From assembly GCA_001916035.1 (NCBI GenBank), contig MNRQ01000022.1, positions 24,545 to 88,544 on the forward strand: 64,000 nt of DNA, given 5' to 3'. The notes below the pieces were generated by a model. That model did not search any database. It was not told the DNA's origin and saw only the letters and a list, made by a program, of their open reading frames with translations. This document shows positions 18,704 through 28,722 of the stretch, in pieces. The translations under genes and the position numbers were made by a program. The stretch comes from Clostridium sp. 27_14. GTDB lineage: Bacteria > Bacillota > Clostridia > TANB77 > CAG-508. Within the stretch, counting starts at the first letter, position 1. Each line of letters starts with the position of its first letter.

Positions 18704-19627
18704 ATGACAATAAAAGAAGCAATAAAAAGAGGAATAGAAGAACTGAATAAAAATGAAATAGAGAAACCACATCTAAAAGCGAGAATGTTATTAGAGAATA
18801 TATTAGAAAAGTCAAGACAATATATAATAGCAAATGATGAAATGAATTTGAATGATGAGCAAGAAAATAAATATTTTTGTAAGATTGAAAAGGCAATTCA
18901 ACATATACCTATTGAGTATTTGATAAATAAAAAGGAATTTATGGGAATTGATTTTTATGTTGATGAAAATGTTTTGATACCAAGGCAGGATACAGAAATT
19001 TTAGTTGAAGAAGTTATCAGAATTTTGAAAATGTTTGACAAGAAATATTTAAGGTCAGATATAGAAAGAGAAAATAATAACACACAAATATTTGGAGATA
19101 AAAAAGATACTAAAGAATTAAAAGTATTAGATATGTGTACAGGTAGTGGTTCTATAGCAATATCAATAGCTAAATATGTAAAGGAAAGTATAATAGATGC
19201 TGTTGATATAAGTAAAAAGGCTTTGGATATTGTACAGAAAAATGCTAAAAATAATGGAGTAATAGAGTGTGTTAATGTAATAGAGTCGAATTTATTTGAA
19301 AATTTGGAAGATAAAAAATATAACATTATAGTTTCTAATCCACCGTATATAAGGAAAAATATAATTAATACATTAGATAAACAGGTACAAAATGAACCAT
19401 TAATAGCTTTAGATGGTGGAGATGATGGGTTAGATTTTTATAAAAGAATAATAAGTGAGGCTCCTAAACATTTGAAACAACATGGATATTTGTGTTTTGA
19501 GATAGGGTATGACCAAAAAGAAGATGTACAGGATTTATTAAAATGTGAAAATAGATATATTGATATATATTCTAAGAAAGATTTATATGGTAATGATAGA
19601 ATAGTTATAGCAAAATTGAAAAGTTAA
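18704..19627 (+). CDS. prmC: Release factor glutamine methyltransferase PrmC/HemK (with low-complexity insert)
   Basis: VLIPRQDTEILVE, LDMCTGSGSIAISIA, IVSNPPYI (NPPY). Confidence 0.85.
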   Translation: MTIKEAIKRGIEELNKNEIEKPHLKARMLLENILEKSRQYIIANDEMNLNDEQENKYFCKIEKAIQHIPIEYLINKKEFMGIDFYVDENVLIPRQDTEILVEEVIRILKMFDKKYLRSDIERENNNTQIFGDKKDTKELKVLDMCTGSGSIAISIAKYVKESIIDAVDISKKALDIVQKNAKNNGVIECVNVIESNLFENLEDKKYNIIVSNPPYIRKNIINTLDKQVQNEPLIALDGGDDGLDFYKRIISEAPKHLKQHGYLCFEIGYDQKEDVQDLLKCENRYIDIYSKKDLYGNDRIVIAKLKS

Positions 19628-19707
19628 CTTTCATAAATAGTTAAAAAATAAAAGGTATAAAAAAAGTATGTAAATTTTAGAGATTAGTTTAGAAAGGAGG
19701 AAGTTAA

Positions 19708-20622
19708 TTGTCTTTTTCGTCTGAGTTGAAAGAAGAGTTGAGTAAATTAAATACATTAGCTAATAAAGAATTAGTAAAATATGAATTGATAGGATATTTG
19801 ATAACTAATCATGCAATAATACAGAAAAATAAAATTTTAAGATATGCAACAGAAAGTGAATATAATATAAATAGATATTCAAAATTATTGTCAAATTTGA
19901 ATATAAATCATCAAATAGATGTTGAAGGTAATATGTTTGTTATACAATTTAAAATAAAAGAAATTCCTTTTTTGTTGGAATCTGTTTCTAATACTAAGAC
20001 TAATATATCATACACAGATATTAAGTGTGAGAATGATATTCAAGAAAGTAAAAAGGTTGAAGTTGAAAATGAAAAAGCAATGATAAGAGGAGCTTTTTTG
20101 GGTGCTGGTTCAGTAAATAATCCAGAAAGTAATTATCATTTGGAAATTGTTTTTTCAATAAGGGAAAATACTAAATATATAAAAGAGATGTTGCAAAATG
20201 ATTTTAAAATATTCCCAAAGGAATTAGATATAGAAAATAAGACATCAATATATCTAAAAGAAGCGGAGTCAATATCAAATTTTTTAGCCCTTATAGGAGC
20301 TAATAGGGCAATGTTAAAGTTTGAAGATGTGCGTATACAAAAAGAAATGAGGGGAAAAGTAAATAGAATTGTAAATTGTGAAACAGCAAATTTGAATAAG
20401 ACTTTAAATGCTTCTATTGAACAAATAAATGCAATTAAAAAATTGCAAGAGACAGGAAATTTTAATAGATTAGATGATGGATTAAAAGAAGTTGCTTTAT
20501 TACGTTTGGAATATCCTAATATGTCATTAGTAGAACTTGGAAAAAAATTGAAAAATCCGATAGGAAAATCTGGAATTAATTATCGTTTAAAGAAAATTAT
20601 GGAGATTGCTAGTTTTTCTTAA
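19708..20622 (+). CDS. whiA: Sporulation/cell-division regulator WhiA
   Basis: N-terminal LAGLIDADG-like domains and C-terminal HTH. MSFSSELKEELSKL start typical of WhiA. Confidence 0.85.
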   Translation: MSFSSELKEELSKLNTLANKELVKYELIGYLITNHAIIQKNKILRYATESEYNINRYSKLLSNLNINHQIDVEGNMFVIQFKIKEIPFLLESVSNTKTNISYTDIKCENDIQESKKVEVENEKAMIRGAFLGAGSVNNPESNYHLEIVFSIRENTKYIKEMLQNDFKIFPKELDIENKTSIYLKEAESISNFLALIGANRAMLKFEDVRIQKEMRGKVNRIVNCETANLNKTLNASIEQINAIKKLQETGNFNRLDDGLKEVALLRLEYPNMSLVELGKKLKNPIGKSGINYRLKKIMEIASFS

Positions 20623-20648
20623 AAGTAATATTTATATGCTAGTTATAT

Positions 20649-21821
20649 TTGTTTAAAATGATGCTAGAAAGGAATGTAATTTTGATGGAGAGAGAGTTAG
20701 GAATATATGTGCATATACCGTTTTGTATAAAAAAATGTGCTTATTGTGATTTTATTTCATATCCAAATAAATTAGAAATGCAAAAGATGTATGTTGATAA
20801 GTTGTTGGAAGAAATGGATAATTCTAAGAAAATAATTGGTAAGTGCAATATTACATCTATATATATTGGTGGTGGTACACCTTCAGCTATTGATAGTGAA
20901 TTAATTAAAAAAATTATTTTTAAAATTAAAGAATTGGAAAGAAATAGTTTTGTACAAGAAGTTACAATAGAGGTTAATCCTGGTACTGTTACACAGCAAA
21001 AGTTGAATGATTATATAGAAGCGGGAATTAATAGATTAAGTATAGGATTGCAGTCAACAAATGATAATTTATTAAGGTTAATAGGAAGAATACATACATA
21101 TCAAGAGTTTTTGAAAACTTATGAAATGGCAGTAAATACAGGCTTTAAAAATATAAATGTTGATTTAATGATAGGTTTGCCAAACCAAACAATAGGAGAT
21201 ATAAAAGAAAGTATTGATAAAATAACGAGTTTGAATCCAATGCCACAACATATTTCAGTGTATTCATTAATTGTTGAGCCAAATACATTAATGGAAAAAT
21301 GGGTAAATGAAGAAAAATTTGATTTACCATTAGATGAAGAAGAAAGAAATCAATATGCTTATGTAAAAAATATTTTGGAACAAAAGGGATATAAACATTA
21401 TGAAATATCTAATTTTTCATTGCCTGGTAAACAAGCTATTCATAATACAAATTGTTGGGAACAGAAAGAATATTTAGGTTTTGGTGCTGCTGCTCATTCG
21501 TATTTTGATATGAAAAGGTTTTCTAATACAGATAGTTTGCACAAGTATTTGTCTGAAAGTTTTGAAAAGATTAGAATTATAGATGAAGTTCAAAATATAG
21601 AAGAGCAAGAAAAAGAGTTTATGATGTTAGGTTTGAGAAAGATTGATGGAGTAGGAATAGATGCTTTTAAAAATAAATTTGGAAAAAATCCTATTTTTTT
21701 GTTTAGAAAAGAAATTCAAAAATTAGTTGAACAGGGATTGCTTGAAGTGGATTTGAATCAAATTAGATTGACTAGAAAGGGTTTGGATTTGGCTAATATT
21801 GTGTGGGAGGAATTTGTCTAA
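20649..21821 (+). CDS. hemW: Radical SAM heme chaperone HemW / HemN-like
   Basis: HIPFCIKKCAYCDF CxxxCxxC plus HemN C-terminal domain. Confidence 0.8.
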   Translation: MFKMMLERNVILMERELGIYVHIPFCIKKCAYCDFISYPNKLEMQKMYVDKLLEEMDNSKKIIGKCNITSIYIGGGTPSAIDSELIKKIIFKIKELERNSFVQEVTIEVNPGTVTQQKLNDYIEAGINRLSIGLQSTNDNLLRLIGRIHTYQEFLKTYEMAVNTGFKNINVDLMIGLPNQTIGDIKESIDKITSLNPMPQHISVYSLIVEPNTLMEKWVNEEKFDLPLDEEERNQYAYVKNILEQKGYKHYEISNFSLPGKQAIHNTNCWEQKEYLGFGAAAHSYFDMKRFSNTDSLHKYLSESFEKIRIIDEVQNIEEQEKEFMMLGLRKIDGVGIDAFKNKFGKNPIFLFRKEIQKLVEQGLLEVDLNQIRLTRKGLDLANIVWEEFV

Positions 21822-21842
21822 AGAGAGGAAAAGTGATAAAAA

Positions 21843-23204
21843 ATGAAGTATAAAAAAAGAGAAACTTTAGAATGGAGAAAATTGGATAATTCTGCTAAAA
21901 TATTTCCAATATCTACAGGGAAAAAATATAGTAATGTTTTTAGGTTATCTGTGGTATTGAAGGAAAAAATAAATCCAGAAATATTGGATAAGGCAGTAAA
22001 AATAGCTTTGGAAAAATATAAATCATTTAAGGTTAGATTAAAGGATGGTTTTTTCTGGAATTATTTGGAACATAATATAAAGGAACCAATAATTGAAATT
22101 GAGAAGGAATATCCATGTAAATATATAAATCCTAAAACTAATAATGGATATTTGTTTAAAGTTACATATTTTGATAAAAAAATTAATATAGATATTTTTC
22201 ATACTTTGACTGATGGGAATAATGGAAGTGTGTTTTTTAGAGAAATTGTATATAATTATTTGGAGCTGGCACATCCTGACGATTTTAAGGAAGAACAAAG
22301 AAGATATAGAAAAGCTGAATATACAATGGAAGATGGATATATTGCAAATTATGATAAAAAAGCTAAGGACAAGCGTTCTACCCAAAAAGCATATTGCTTG
22401 AAAGGTAGAAAAATAAGTTTGGGTGCAGTTTCTGTTGTTCATGAAATAATTGATTTGAAGATGTTAAAAATAGAAACGAAAAAATATGATTGTACAGTTA
22501 CTCAATATTTAACAGCTGTTTTGATTTATTGTGTTTATACGGCTAATTTTATGAATAGTAAAAAGAGTGATAGTGAAAAAAATGTTGAAAATTTAGGTGC
22601 TGGAAAGGGAATGAAGTTAAAAAATCCTATAAAGATTTGTGTGCCTGTTAATTTGAAAAGATATTTTTCTTCAAAAACAATTAGCAATTTCTTTTCTTAT
22701 ATTACGGTATCTGCAAATCAGGAGATTATGCTTGAAAATGGAATTTTGAGTTTTGATAAGATTTTGTCTTTTGTGAAAAATGATTTTAAGATTAAACTTA
22801 CACAGGAGGAAATTCAAAAAACAGTTTCTACAAATGTTAGACTTGGAACAAATCCTTTTATTAAGTCAATTCCATTGGTTCTTAAAAAACCTATAGTTAG
22901 ATTAAGTTATTCTCAGATTAGAAAGTATACTACAATGACATTTTCTAATATTGGTAGAATTGGTATTATTGGTAAGTATCAGAAATATATTGAACACTTT
23001 TTGATGTTGATGTCTCCAGATCCTGTTGAGAAAATAAAGTGTTCGGCTTGTTCTTTTGAAAATGAAATTGTTTTTACTTTTACTTCAATTTTGAATAATT
23101 GTGATATTGAAAAAGAATTTTACAGATTCCTTAAAAGTAGGGGAATCAATATATGTATAGAAAGTAATGGTGTTTTAGATGTTGTATCCTCAAAAATTAA
23201 GTAG
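21843..23204 (+). CDS. Condensation/CAT-like acyltransferase superfamily protein (HxxxDG)
   Basis: DIFHTLTDGNNG matches the HxxxDG catalytic motif of condensation / WS-DGAT / alcohol acetyltransferase-like folds. About 450 aa. Confidence 0.45.
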   Translation: MKYKKRETLEWRKLDNSAKIFPISTGKKYSNVFRLSVVLKEKINPEILDKAVKIALEKYKSFKVRLKDGFFWNYLEHNIKEPIIEIEKEYPCKYINPKTNNGYLFKVTYFDKKINIDIFHTLTDGNNGSVFFREIVYNYLELAHPDDFKEEQRRYRKAEYTMEDGYIANYDKKAKDKRSTQKAYCLKGRKISLGAVSVVHEIIDLKMLKIETKKYDCTVTQYLTAVLIYCVYTANFMNSKKSDSEKNVENLGAGKGMKLKNPIKICVPVNLKRYFSSKTISNFFSYITVSANQEIMLENGILSFDKILSFVKNDFKIKLTQEEIQKTVSTNVRLGTNPFIKSIPLVLKKPIVRLSYSQIRKYTTMTFSNIGRIGIIGKYQKYIEHFLMLMSPDPVEKIKCSACSFENEIVFTFTSILNNCDIEKEFYRFLKSRGINICIESNGVLDVVSSKIK

Positions 23205-23745
23205 TAAAAAGTCAGATTTTATGATTGTTATTGCAATATTATTTTCAGTTGCAGTTGGTGGTATTCTTGTGTTGATTAATCATTTTACTACTCCTGATGT
23301 GCATTGGGCTGGTTTGGCTAATGCTGGTATTTTGTATGTTTGGGTTAATGTGTTTTATGCTATTAATCATAATACTAATATTGCTGGTTATGTGCTTTTG
23401 GAAACTTTTGCGATTTCTTTTTTGACTTCTTATATTGATTATAAGACTGGCAATAGAGGCTGGGCTATGAGTTTTGCTATTCCTATTGTTTTGATTGTTG
23501 CTAATGTTACTATGTTTGTTTTGACTGTGGTTAGTCATAAGAAGTTTATTAGATATGCTGTTTTTCAACTTGTGGTTTGTGGCTTGAGTTTGTTGCCTCT
23601 TTATTTTGTTTTGAATGGTTTGGTTGATTTTGGCGTGTTGTGTTTTGTGGCTACTGGGGTTTCGGCGGTGAATTTTTTGGTTACTATTTGTTTGTGTGCG
23701 AGGGATACTAAGGATGTTTTGGTTAGAAAGTTCCACCTTGGTTGA
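23179..23745 (+). CDS. Polytopic membrane protein (5-6 TM), hypothetical
   Basis: Hydrophobic throughout. C-terminal tail DTKDVLVRK and 3' flanking DNA are homologous to the end of the MMPL gene at 53970-54005 plus repeat family 2. Confidence 0.4.
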   Translation: MLYPQKLSSKKSDFMIVIAILFSVAVGGILVLINHFTTPDVHWAGLANAGILYVWVNVFYAINHNTNIAGYVLLETFAISFLTSYIDYKTGNRGWAMSFAIPIVLIVANVTMFVLTVVSHKKFIRYAVFQLVVCGLSLLPLYFVLNGLVDFGVLCFVATGVSAVNFLVTICLCARDTKDVLVRKFHLG

Positions 23746-23750
23746 AAAAT

Positions 23751-23800
23751 AATTATAATTTTGGCTGCGTCAAACGGCATTTAAAATTTAATCAACGTAC
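23751..23800. repeat. Repeat family 2 partial copy
   Basis: aattataattttggctgcgtcaaacggcatttaaaatttaatcaacgtac. Homologous to 54004-54104. Confidence 0.6.
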
Positions 23801-23828
23801 AAAAATTTTTAGATAAAGGGGTTTAGAT

Positions 23829-24854
23829 ATGAAAAATATTAAGGATTATAATTTGGAAGAGTTGAAAAAAGAGTTACAGAGTATGGATGAAAAGACTTTT
23901 AGAGCAGAGCAAATTTTTAAGTGGCTATATCAAGAGAAGGTTAGAAGTTTTGATGAAATGACAAATTTGTCTTTGAATCTTAGAAATAAATTAAAACAAA
24001 ATTATACTATTTGCAATTATAATATATTAAAAAAACAGGAGTCTAAAGATGGTACGATAAAGTATTTATTCGATGTACTGGATGGAAATGCTATAGAAAC
24101 TGTGCTAATGAGTTATCACCACGGTTATAGTATTTGTGTTTCTTCACAAATAGGTTGTAAAATGGGTTGTAAATTTTGTGCGTCTACTGGTATAAATTTT
24201 ATTAGAAGTTTGACTAGTGGGGAGATTGTTGAACAAATAATTGCTGTTGAACAGGATCAAAATATTCGTATTTCAAATGTTGTTTTTATGGGAATTGGTG
24301 AGCCTTTGGATAACTATGATAATGTTGTTAATGCTATACATATTATTAATAACCCTAAAGGTCTTAATATTGGGGCTCGTCATATTAGTGTTTCAACAAG
24401 TGGGTTGGTTTCTAAAATTTATCAATTGGCAGATGAGAATATTCAGTGTACTTTGTCTATTTCTTTACATGCTACAAATAATGAAAAGAGAAGTGGAATG
24501 ATGCCTGTAAATAATGCTTATCCAATAGAAGAATTGATTCAGGCTTGTAAAGACTATATTGCAAAGACTAATCGTCGTATTTCTTTTGAGTATGCTTTGG
24601 CTAAAGATAGTAATGATAATTTAGATGATGCTAAGGAGTTAGTTAAATTGCTAAAGGGTATGTTATGCCATGTTAATTTGATTCCTATTAATAAGATTGA
24701 AAATGGTCAATATAGCAAGTCTACAAATGAAAATATTATGAAGTTTAGAGATTATTTAAATGATCATGGCATTGTTGCTACAATTAGGAGAGAACTGGGC
24801 TCTGATATTGATGCTGCTTGTGGACAACTTAGAAGGAAAAATTTAAAAGAGTAA
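23829..24854 (+). CDS. rlmN: 23S rRNA/tRNA m2A methyltransferase RlmN
   Basis: CVSSQIGCKMGCKFCASTG radical SAM cluster in the RlmN/Cfr family context. Confidence 0.9.
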   Translation: MKNIKDYNLEELKKELQSMDEKTFRAEQIFKWLYQEKVRSFDEMTNLSLNLRNKLKQNYTICNYNILKKQESKDGTIKYLFDVLDGNAIETVLMSYHHGYSICVSSQIGCKMGCKFCASTGINFIRSLTSGEIVEQIIAVEQDQNIRISNVVFMGIGEPLDNYDNVVNAIHIINNPKGLNIGARHISVSTSGLVSKIYQLADENIQCTLSISLHATNNEKRSGMMPVNNAYPIEELIQACKDYIAKTNRRISFEYALAKDSNDNLDDAKELVKLLKGMLCHVNLIPINKIENGQYSKSTNENIMKFRDYLNDHGIVATIRRELGSDIDAACGQLRRKNLKE

Positions 24855-24865
24855 AATGATTAATA

Positions 24866-24900
24866 AACCACGTGTTTTACACGTGGTTAAGATTGCTTTT
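24866..24900. terminator. Bidirectional intrinsic terminator between rlmN and spoIVA
   Basis: aaccacgtg tttta cacgtggtt followed by T-run. Confidence 0.65.
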
Positions 24901-24901
24901 T

Positions 24902-26380
24902 TTAAAGAATTATGCAAATTAATCCTCCAGAACCTTCATTTACAATACGTTCTAAAGTTTCTTGAAGCTTAAGTTGAGCGTCTTCAGGCATTTTAGAAAG
25001 TTTTGTTTGTAAACCTTCATTTACAAGTTCATGAAGACTTTTGCCAAAAATATTTGATTCCCAGATTTTTTTAGGATCACTTTCAAACTCAGAAAGTAAG
25101 TAATTTACTAATTCTTCAGATTGTTTTTCAGAACCAACAATTGGTGAAACTTCAGTTGTTACATTAGTTTTTATCATATGGATAGAAGGTGCATTAGCAC
25201 GTAATTTAACGCCAAATCGAGATCCTTGTTTAACCATTTCTGGTTCTTCTAGTTCAAGTTCGTCAATAGAAGGTGTGACTATACCATAACCTTTTCTATC
25301 GACTTCATCTAATGCGTAAGCGATTTTATCATAGCGTTTTTTTGTAGAAGAAAGTTCACGTATAATTCCAAATAAATCTCCTTCATTTTGAACTTCAACT
25401 CCAGTAATTTCAGAAAGTACAGAGTAAAATAAATTTTCTTTTAATTCTATTTTTATATTTACAAATCCTGAACCAAGCTGGATATTTTGTACTGTTGTGT
25501 TTTCGATAATATTTGTTTTTGAGATTTTTTGAGTGCAAGATGAAACATCACGTAAAACTTTAATATTAGAAAATGCATCTTTTATTTCATTTATTAATTC
25601 AGATTTTAATGAATGATTGAAATCTAAACCATCTATCCATTTTGGAAATTTAATGGCAATTCTTTCAACAGGAAATTCGTATAATACTTTAGAAAAAATA
25701 GTGTTTATATCTTCTATTTGTAAGTTTGAGCAATTCATAGGTATTACACTGCATTTATATTTATTTGCTAAAACTGTGGCTAATTCTTTTGTTTTTGAAT
25801 CGTTTGGATCATAAGAGTTTAGTACAATAACAAATGGTTTGTTAAGAGCTTTTAATTCACTGACAACTCGTTCTTCTGCTTTTATATAATCTTCACGTGG
25901 AATGTCTGTAATAGTTCCATCTGTTGTGACTAAAATTCCGATTGTTGAGTGTTCTTCAATGACTTTTTGGGTTCCTATTTCTGCGGCTTTTTCAAATGGT
26001 ATTTCTTCTTCTGACCAAGGTGTTTTTACCATTCTCGGCATGTCGTCTTCTAAGTATCCAATAGCATTATCTACTAAATAGCCAACACAATCGACTAGTC
26101 TTGTTTTAAATTTTAGATTATTATCTAATGTGATTTCTATTGCTTCATTTGGTACGAATTTTGGTTCTGTGGTCATAATGGTTTTTCCGCCGGCACTTTG
26201 TGGCAATTCATCTTTTGCTCTTTCTTTTTTATACTCGTTATCAATGTTAGGAATTACTAATAAGTCCATAAAGTTTTTTATAAATGTGGATTTACCAGTT
26301 CTTACAGGACCAACCACCCCAACATATATATCCCCATCGGTCCTTTTTGCGATGTCTTGATACAATCTTGTATTTTCCAT
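24902..26380 (-). CDS. spoIVA: Stage IV sporulation protein A
   Basis: MENTRLYQDIAKRTDGDIYVGVVGPVRTGKSTFIK is a near-canonical SpoIVA N-terminus. 492 aa. Confidence 0.95.
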   Translation of the reverse strand: MENTRLYQDIAKRTDGDIYVGVVGPVRTGKSTFIKNFMDLLVIPNIDNEYKKERAKDELPQSAGGKTIMTTEPKFVPNEAIEITLDNNLKFKTRLVDCVGYLVDNAIGYLEDDMPRMVKTPWSEEEIPFEKAAEIGTQKVIEEHSTIGILVTTDGTITDIPREDYIKAEERVVSELKALNKPFVIVLNSYDPNDSKTKELATVLANKYKCSVIPMNCSNLQIEDINTIFSKVLYEFPVERIAIKFPKWIDGLDFNHSLKSELINEIKDAFSNIKVLRDVSSCTQKISKTNIIENTTVQNIQLGSGFVNIKIELKENLFYSVLSEITGVEVQNEGDLFGIIRELSSTKKRYDKIAYALDEVDRKGYGIVTPSIDELELEEPEMVKQGSRFGVKLRANAPSIHMIKTNVTTEVSPIVGSEKQSEELVNYLLSEFESDPKKIWESNIFGKSLHELVNEGLQTKLSKMPEDAQLKLQETLERIVNEGSGGLICIIL

Positions 26381-26622
26381 CTATATACCTCCTTCAATTT
26401 CATAAGAAAATGTTTGTACAAAATTACTTTACTTCATTTATATTGATTTTATTTGTTGGATATGACAAGTTTGAAAAAAAATTTGCAAATATGATAGAAG
26501 TATGATAAAATTAATGCAAATTTTTGAAATGTAAAAGTAAACAAATAGAAAAGTATAGAATAAGATAGAGTAAAGAAAATAGTTTTAATACTATAAGGCC
26601 TTAGGAAGGATTGTGATATAAT

Positions 26623-27882
26623 ATGGATAAATTGCAAGAAGTTGTATTAATATTGAAAGAATATAACCAAGAACATATTATAAAATATATGGAAAATTTG
26701 AATGAAAAAGAAAAAGAAGAATTAGAAGAACAGATTTTAAAAATAGATTTTCATCAATTAACAGAATTGTATGAAAATGCAAAAAAGATTATAGAAATAA
26801 AAGAAAACAAAATAGAAAAAATAGATTATATAGATAAACAAAAAATGAGTAATAGTCAAAAACAACAGTTATCAGATATAGGTGGTGCAGTTGTTGCAAC
26901 AGGAAAATATGCAGTTGTTACAATGGCTGGAGGGCAAGGTAGTAGGCTAGAACACCCAGGACCAAAAGGAACTTTTAAATTAGATGTTTATGGAAAAGGA
27001 AAATATCTTTTTGAGATATTAGTTGATAATTTAAAAGAAGCAAATAAAAAATATCAAACAACTATACCATGGTATATAATGACTAGTAAAGAAAATCATG
27101 ATGAAACTTATCAATTTTTAGAAAAAAATAATTATTTTGGATATGATAAAAACTATGTAACTTTATTTATGCAAGGTGAATTACCTTTAGTTAGTTTAGA
27201 TGGAAAATTATTAATAGGGAAAAATAAATTAGTAAAATTGGCATCTGATGGAAATGGTGGAACATTTGCATCTTTAAGATTGTCAGGAGCTTTGGCAGAT
27301 ATGAAAGAGAGAGGCATAGAATGGGTATTTATAGGTAGTGTTGACAATGTATTATTAAAAATGGTTGATACTATTTTGTTAGGATTTGCTATAGATAAGG
27401 GAGTGCAAATCGCATCAAAATCAATTGTAAAGGCTAACCCAGAGGAAAAAGTAGGGGTTTTTTGTAAGATGAATGGGCATCCTAAGGTTATTGAATATTC
27501 AGAATTGCCTGAAAAAATGGCAGAAGAGATTGATGATGATGGTGAGTTGAGATATGGTGAGTCACACGTTATGTGCAATTTGTTTACAATAGATGCTATT
27601 GAAGATATTAGTAAACAACCATTAATATATCATAGTGCAATTAAAAAGAATTCTTATTTAGATGAAAATGGAAAAGAAATAATTCCTAGTGAAAAGAATT
27701 GTTATAAATTTGAGGCTTTTATTTTTGATGCTTTTACTTTTTTTGATGATATAGCAATTTTAAGGGGAAAAAGAGAAGAGGACTTTGCTCCAGTTAAGAA
27801 TAAAGAAGGAGTTGATAGTCCTAAAACGGCAAAAGAGTTGTATGAAAAATATTGGAATTTTAGACAAAAGGCTGAAAAATAA
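26623..27882 (+). CDS. UDP-sugar (UDP-GlcNAc) pyrophosphorylase, eukaryotic-type UDPGP family
   Basis: MAGGQGSRLEHPGPKGTF nucleotide-binding loop and overall UAP1-like layout. Confidence 0.75.
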   Translation: MDKLQEVVLILKEYNQEHIIKYMENLNEKEKEELEEQILKIDFHQLTELYENAKKIIEIKENKIEKIDYIDKQKMSNSQKQQLSDIGGAVVATGKYAVVTMAGGQGSRLEHPGPKGTFKLDVYGKGKYLFEILVDNLKEANKKYQTTIPWYIMTSKENHDETYQFLEKNNYFGYDKNYVTLFMQGELPLVSLDGKLLIGKNKLVKLASDGNGGTFASLRLSGALADMKERGIEWVFIGSVDNVLLKMVDTILLGFAIDKGVQIASKSIVKANPEEKVGVFCKMNGHPKVIEYSELPEKMAEEIDDDGELRYGESHVMCNLFTIDAIEDISKQPLIYHSAIKKNSYLDENGKEIIPSEKNCYKFEAFIFDAFTFFDDIAILRGKREEDFAPVKNKEGVDSPKTAKELYEKYWNFRQKAEK

Positions 27883-27994
27883 AATATTATTGAATGTAAA
27901 AATTATAGTGAATATAAAAATGCAATAATAAATTTAAAGAAAATCTAGGATTATAATTTTGAATGATAATTATTTAAAAGGAATGTGATTAAAG

Positions 27995-28672
27995 ATGAAT
28001 ATGGAAGAATGTAAAATTCAGAATTTATATGCATTGGAAAATACAATAGCTGAGCCACTTTTGACAAGATATACATATCCATGGGAAGCATTAAAAAATA
28101 TTGGTGATTTTATAGTAGAATTTGGAAATAAATTGCCAAAAGAAGATTATATTGTAAAAGGGGAAAATGTGTGGATTTCTAAAACAGCAAATATAGCTGA
28201 AACAGCGTATATTAAAGGTCCTGCAATTATTTGTGATAATGTTGAAATTAGGCATTGTGCTTTTATTAGAGGAAATGCAATAGTTGGAAAAAATGCTGTA
28301 GTGGGTAATTCTACCGAATTGAAAAATGTAATTTTGTTTGATAATGTGCAAGTACCACATTACAATTATGTTGGTGATTCTATTTTGGGGTATAAGGCAC
28401 ACATGGGTGCAGGTTCAATAACTTCAAATGTGAAATCAGATAAAAAAATGGTTATTATAAAAAATAATATTACTGGGGAAATTATTGAAACAAATAGAAA
28501 AAAAGTTGGAGCAATGATTGGAGATTTTGTTGAAATAGGTTGTGGAAGTGTTTTAAATCCAGGAACTGTTATAGGAAAAAATACCAATATATATCCACTT
28601 TCTTCTGTTAGAGGTGTTGTTCTAGAAGATAGTATTTATAAGAATGAAAATAATATAGTACATAAAGTATAA
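27995..28672 (+). CDS. Left-handed beta-helix (hexapeptide repeat) acyltransferase-like protein
   Basis: Repeated [LIV]-G-x-x-x-x hexads. Resembles the GlmU C-terminal acetyltransferase domain. Confidence 0.6.
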   Translation: MNMEECKIQNLYALENTIAEPLLTRYTYPWEALKNIGDFIVEFGNKLPKEDYIVKGENVWISKTANIAETAYIKGPAIICDNVEIRHCAFIRGNAIVGKNAVVGNSTELKNVILFDNVQVPHYNYVGDSILGYKAHMGAGSITSNVKSDKKMVIIKNNITGEIIETNRKKVGAMIGDFVEIGCGSVLNPGTVIGKNTNIYPLSSVRGVVLEDSIYKNENNIVHKV

Positions 28673-28680
28673 AATATAAA

Positions 28681-28719
28681 AAAGATTCAAGCTAATTTAT
28701 TATAGTTTGAATCTTTTTT
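28681..28719. terminator. Bidirectional terminator
   Basis: aagattcaa ...loop... ttgaatctt then TTTTTG. Confidence 0.6.
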
Positions 28720-28722
28720 GTA

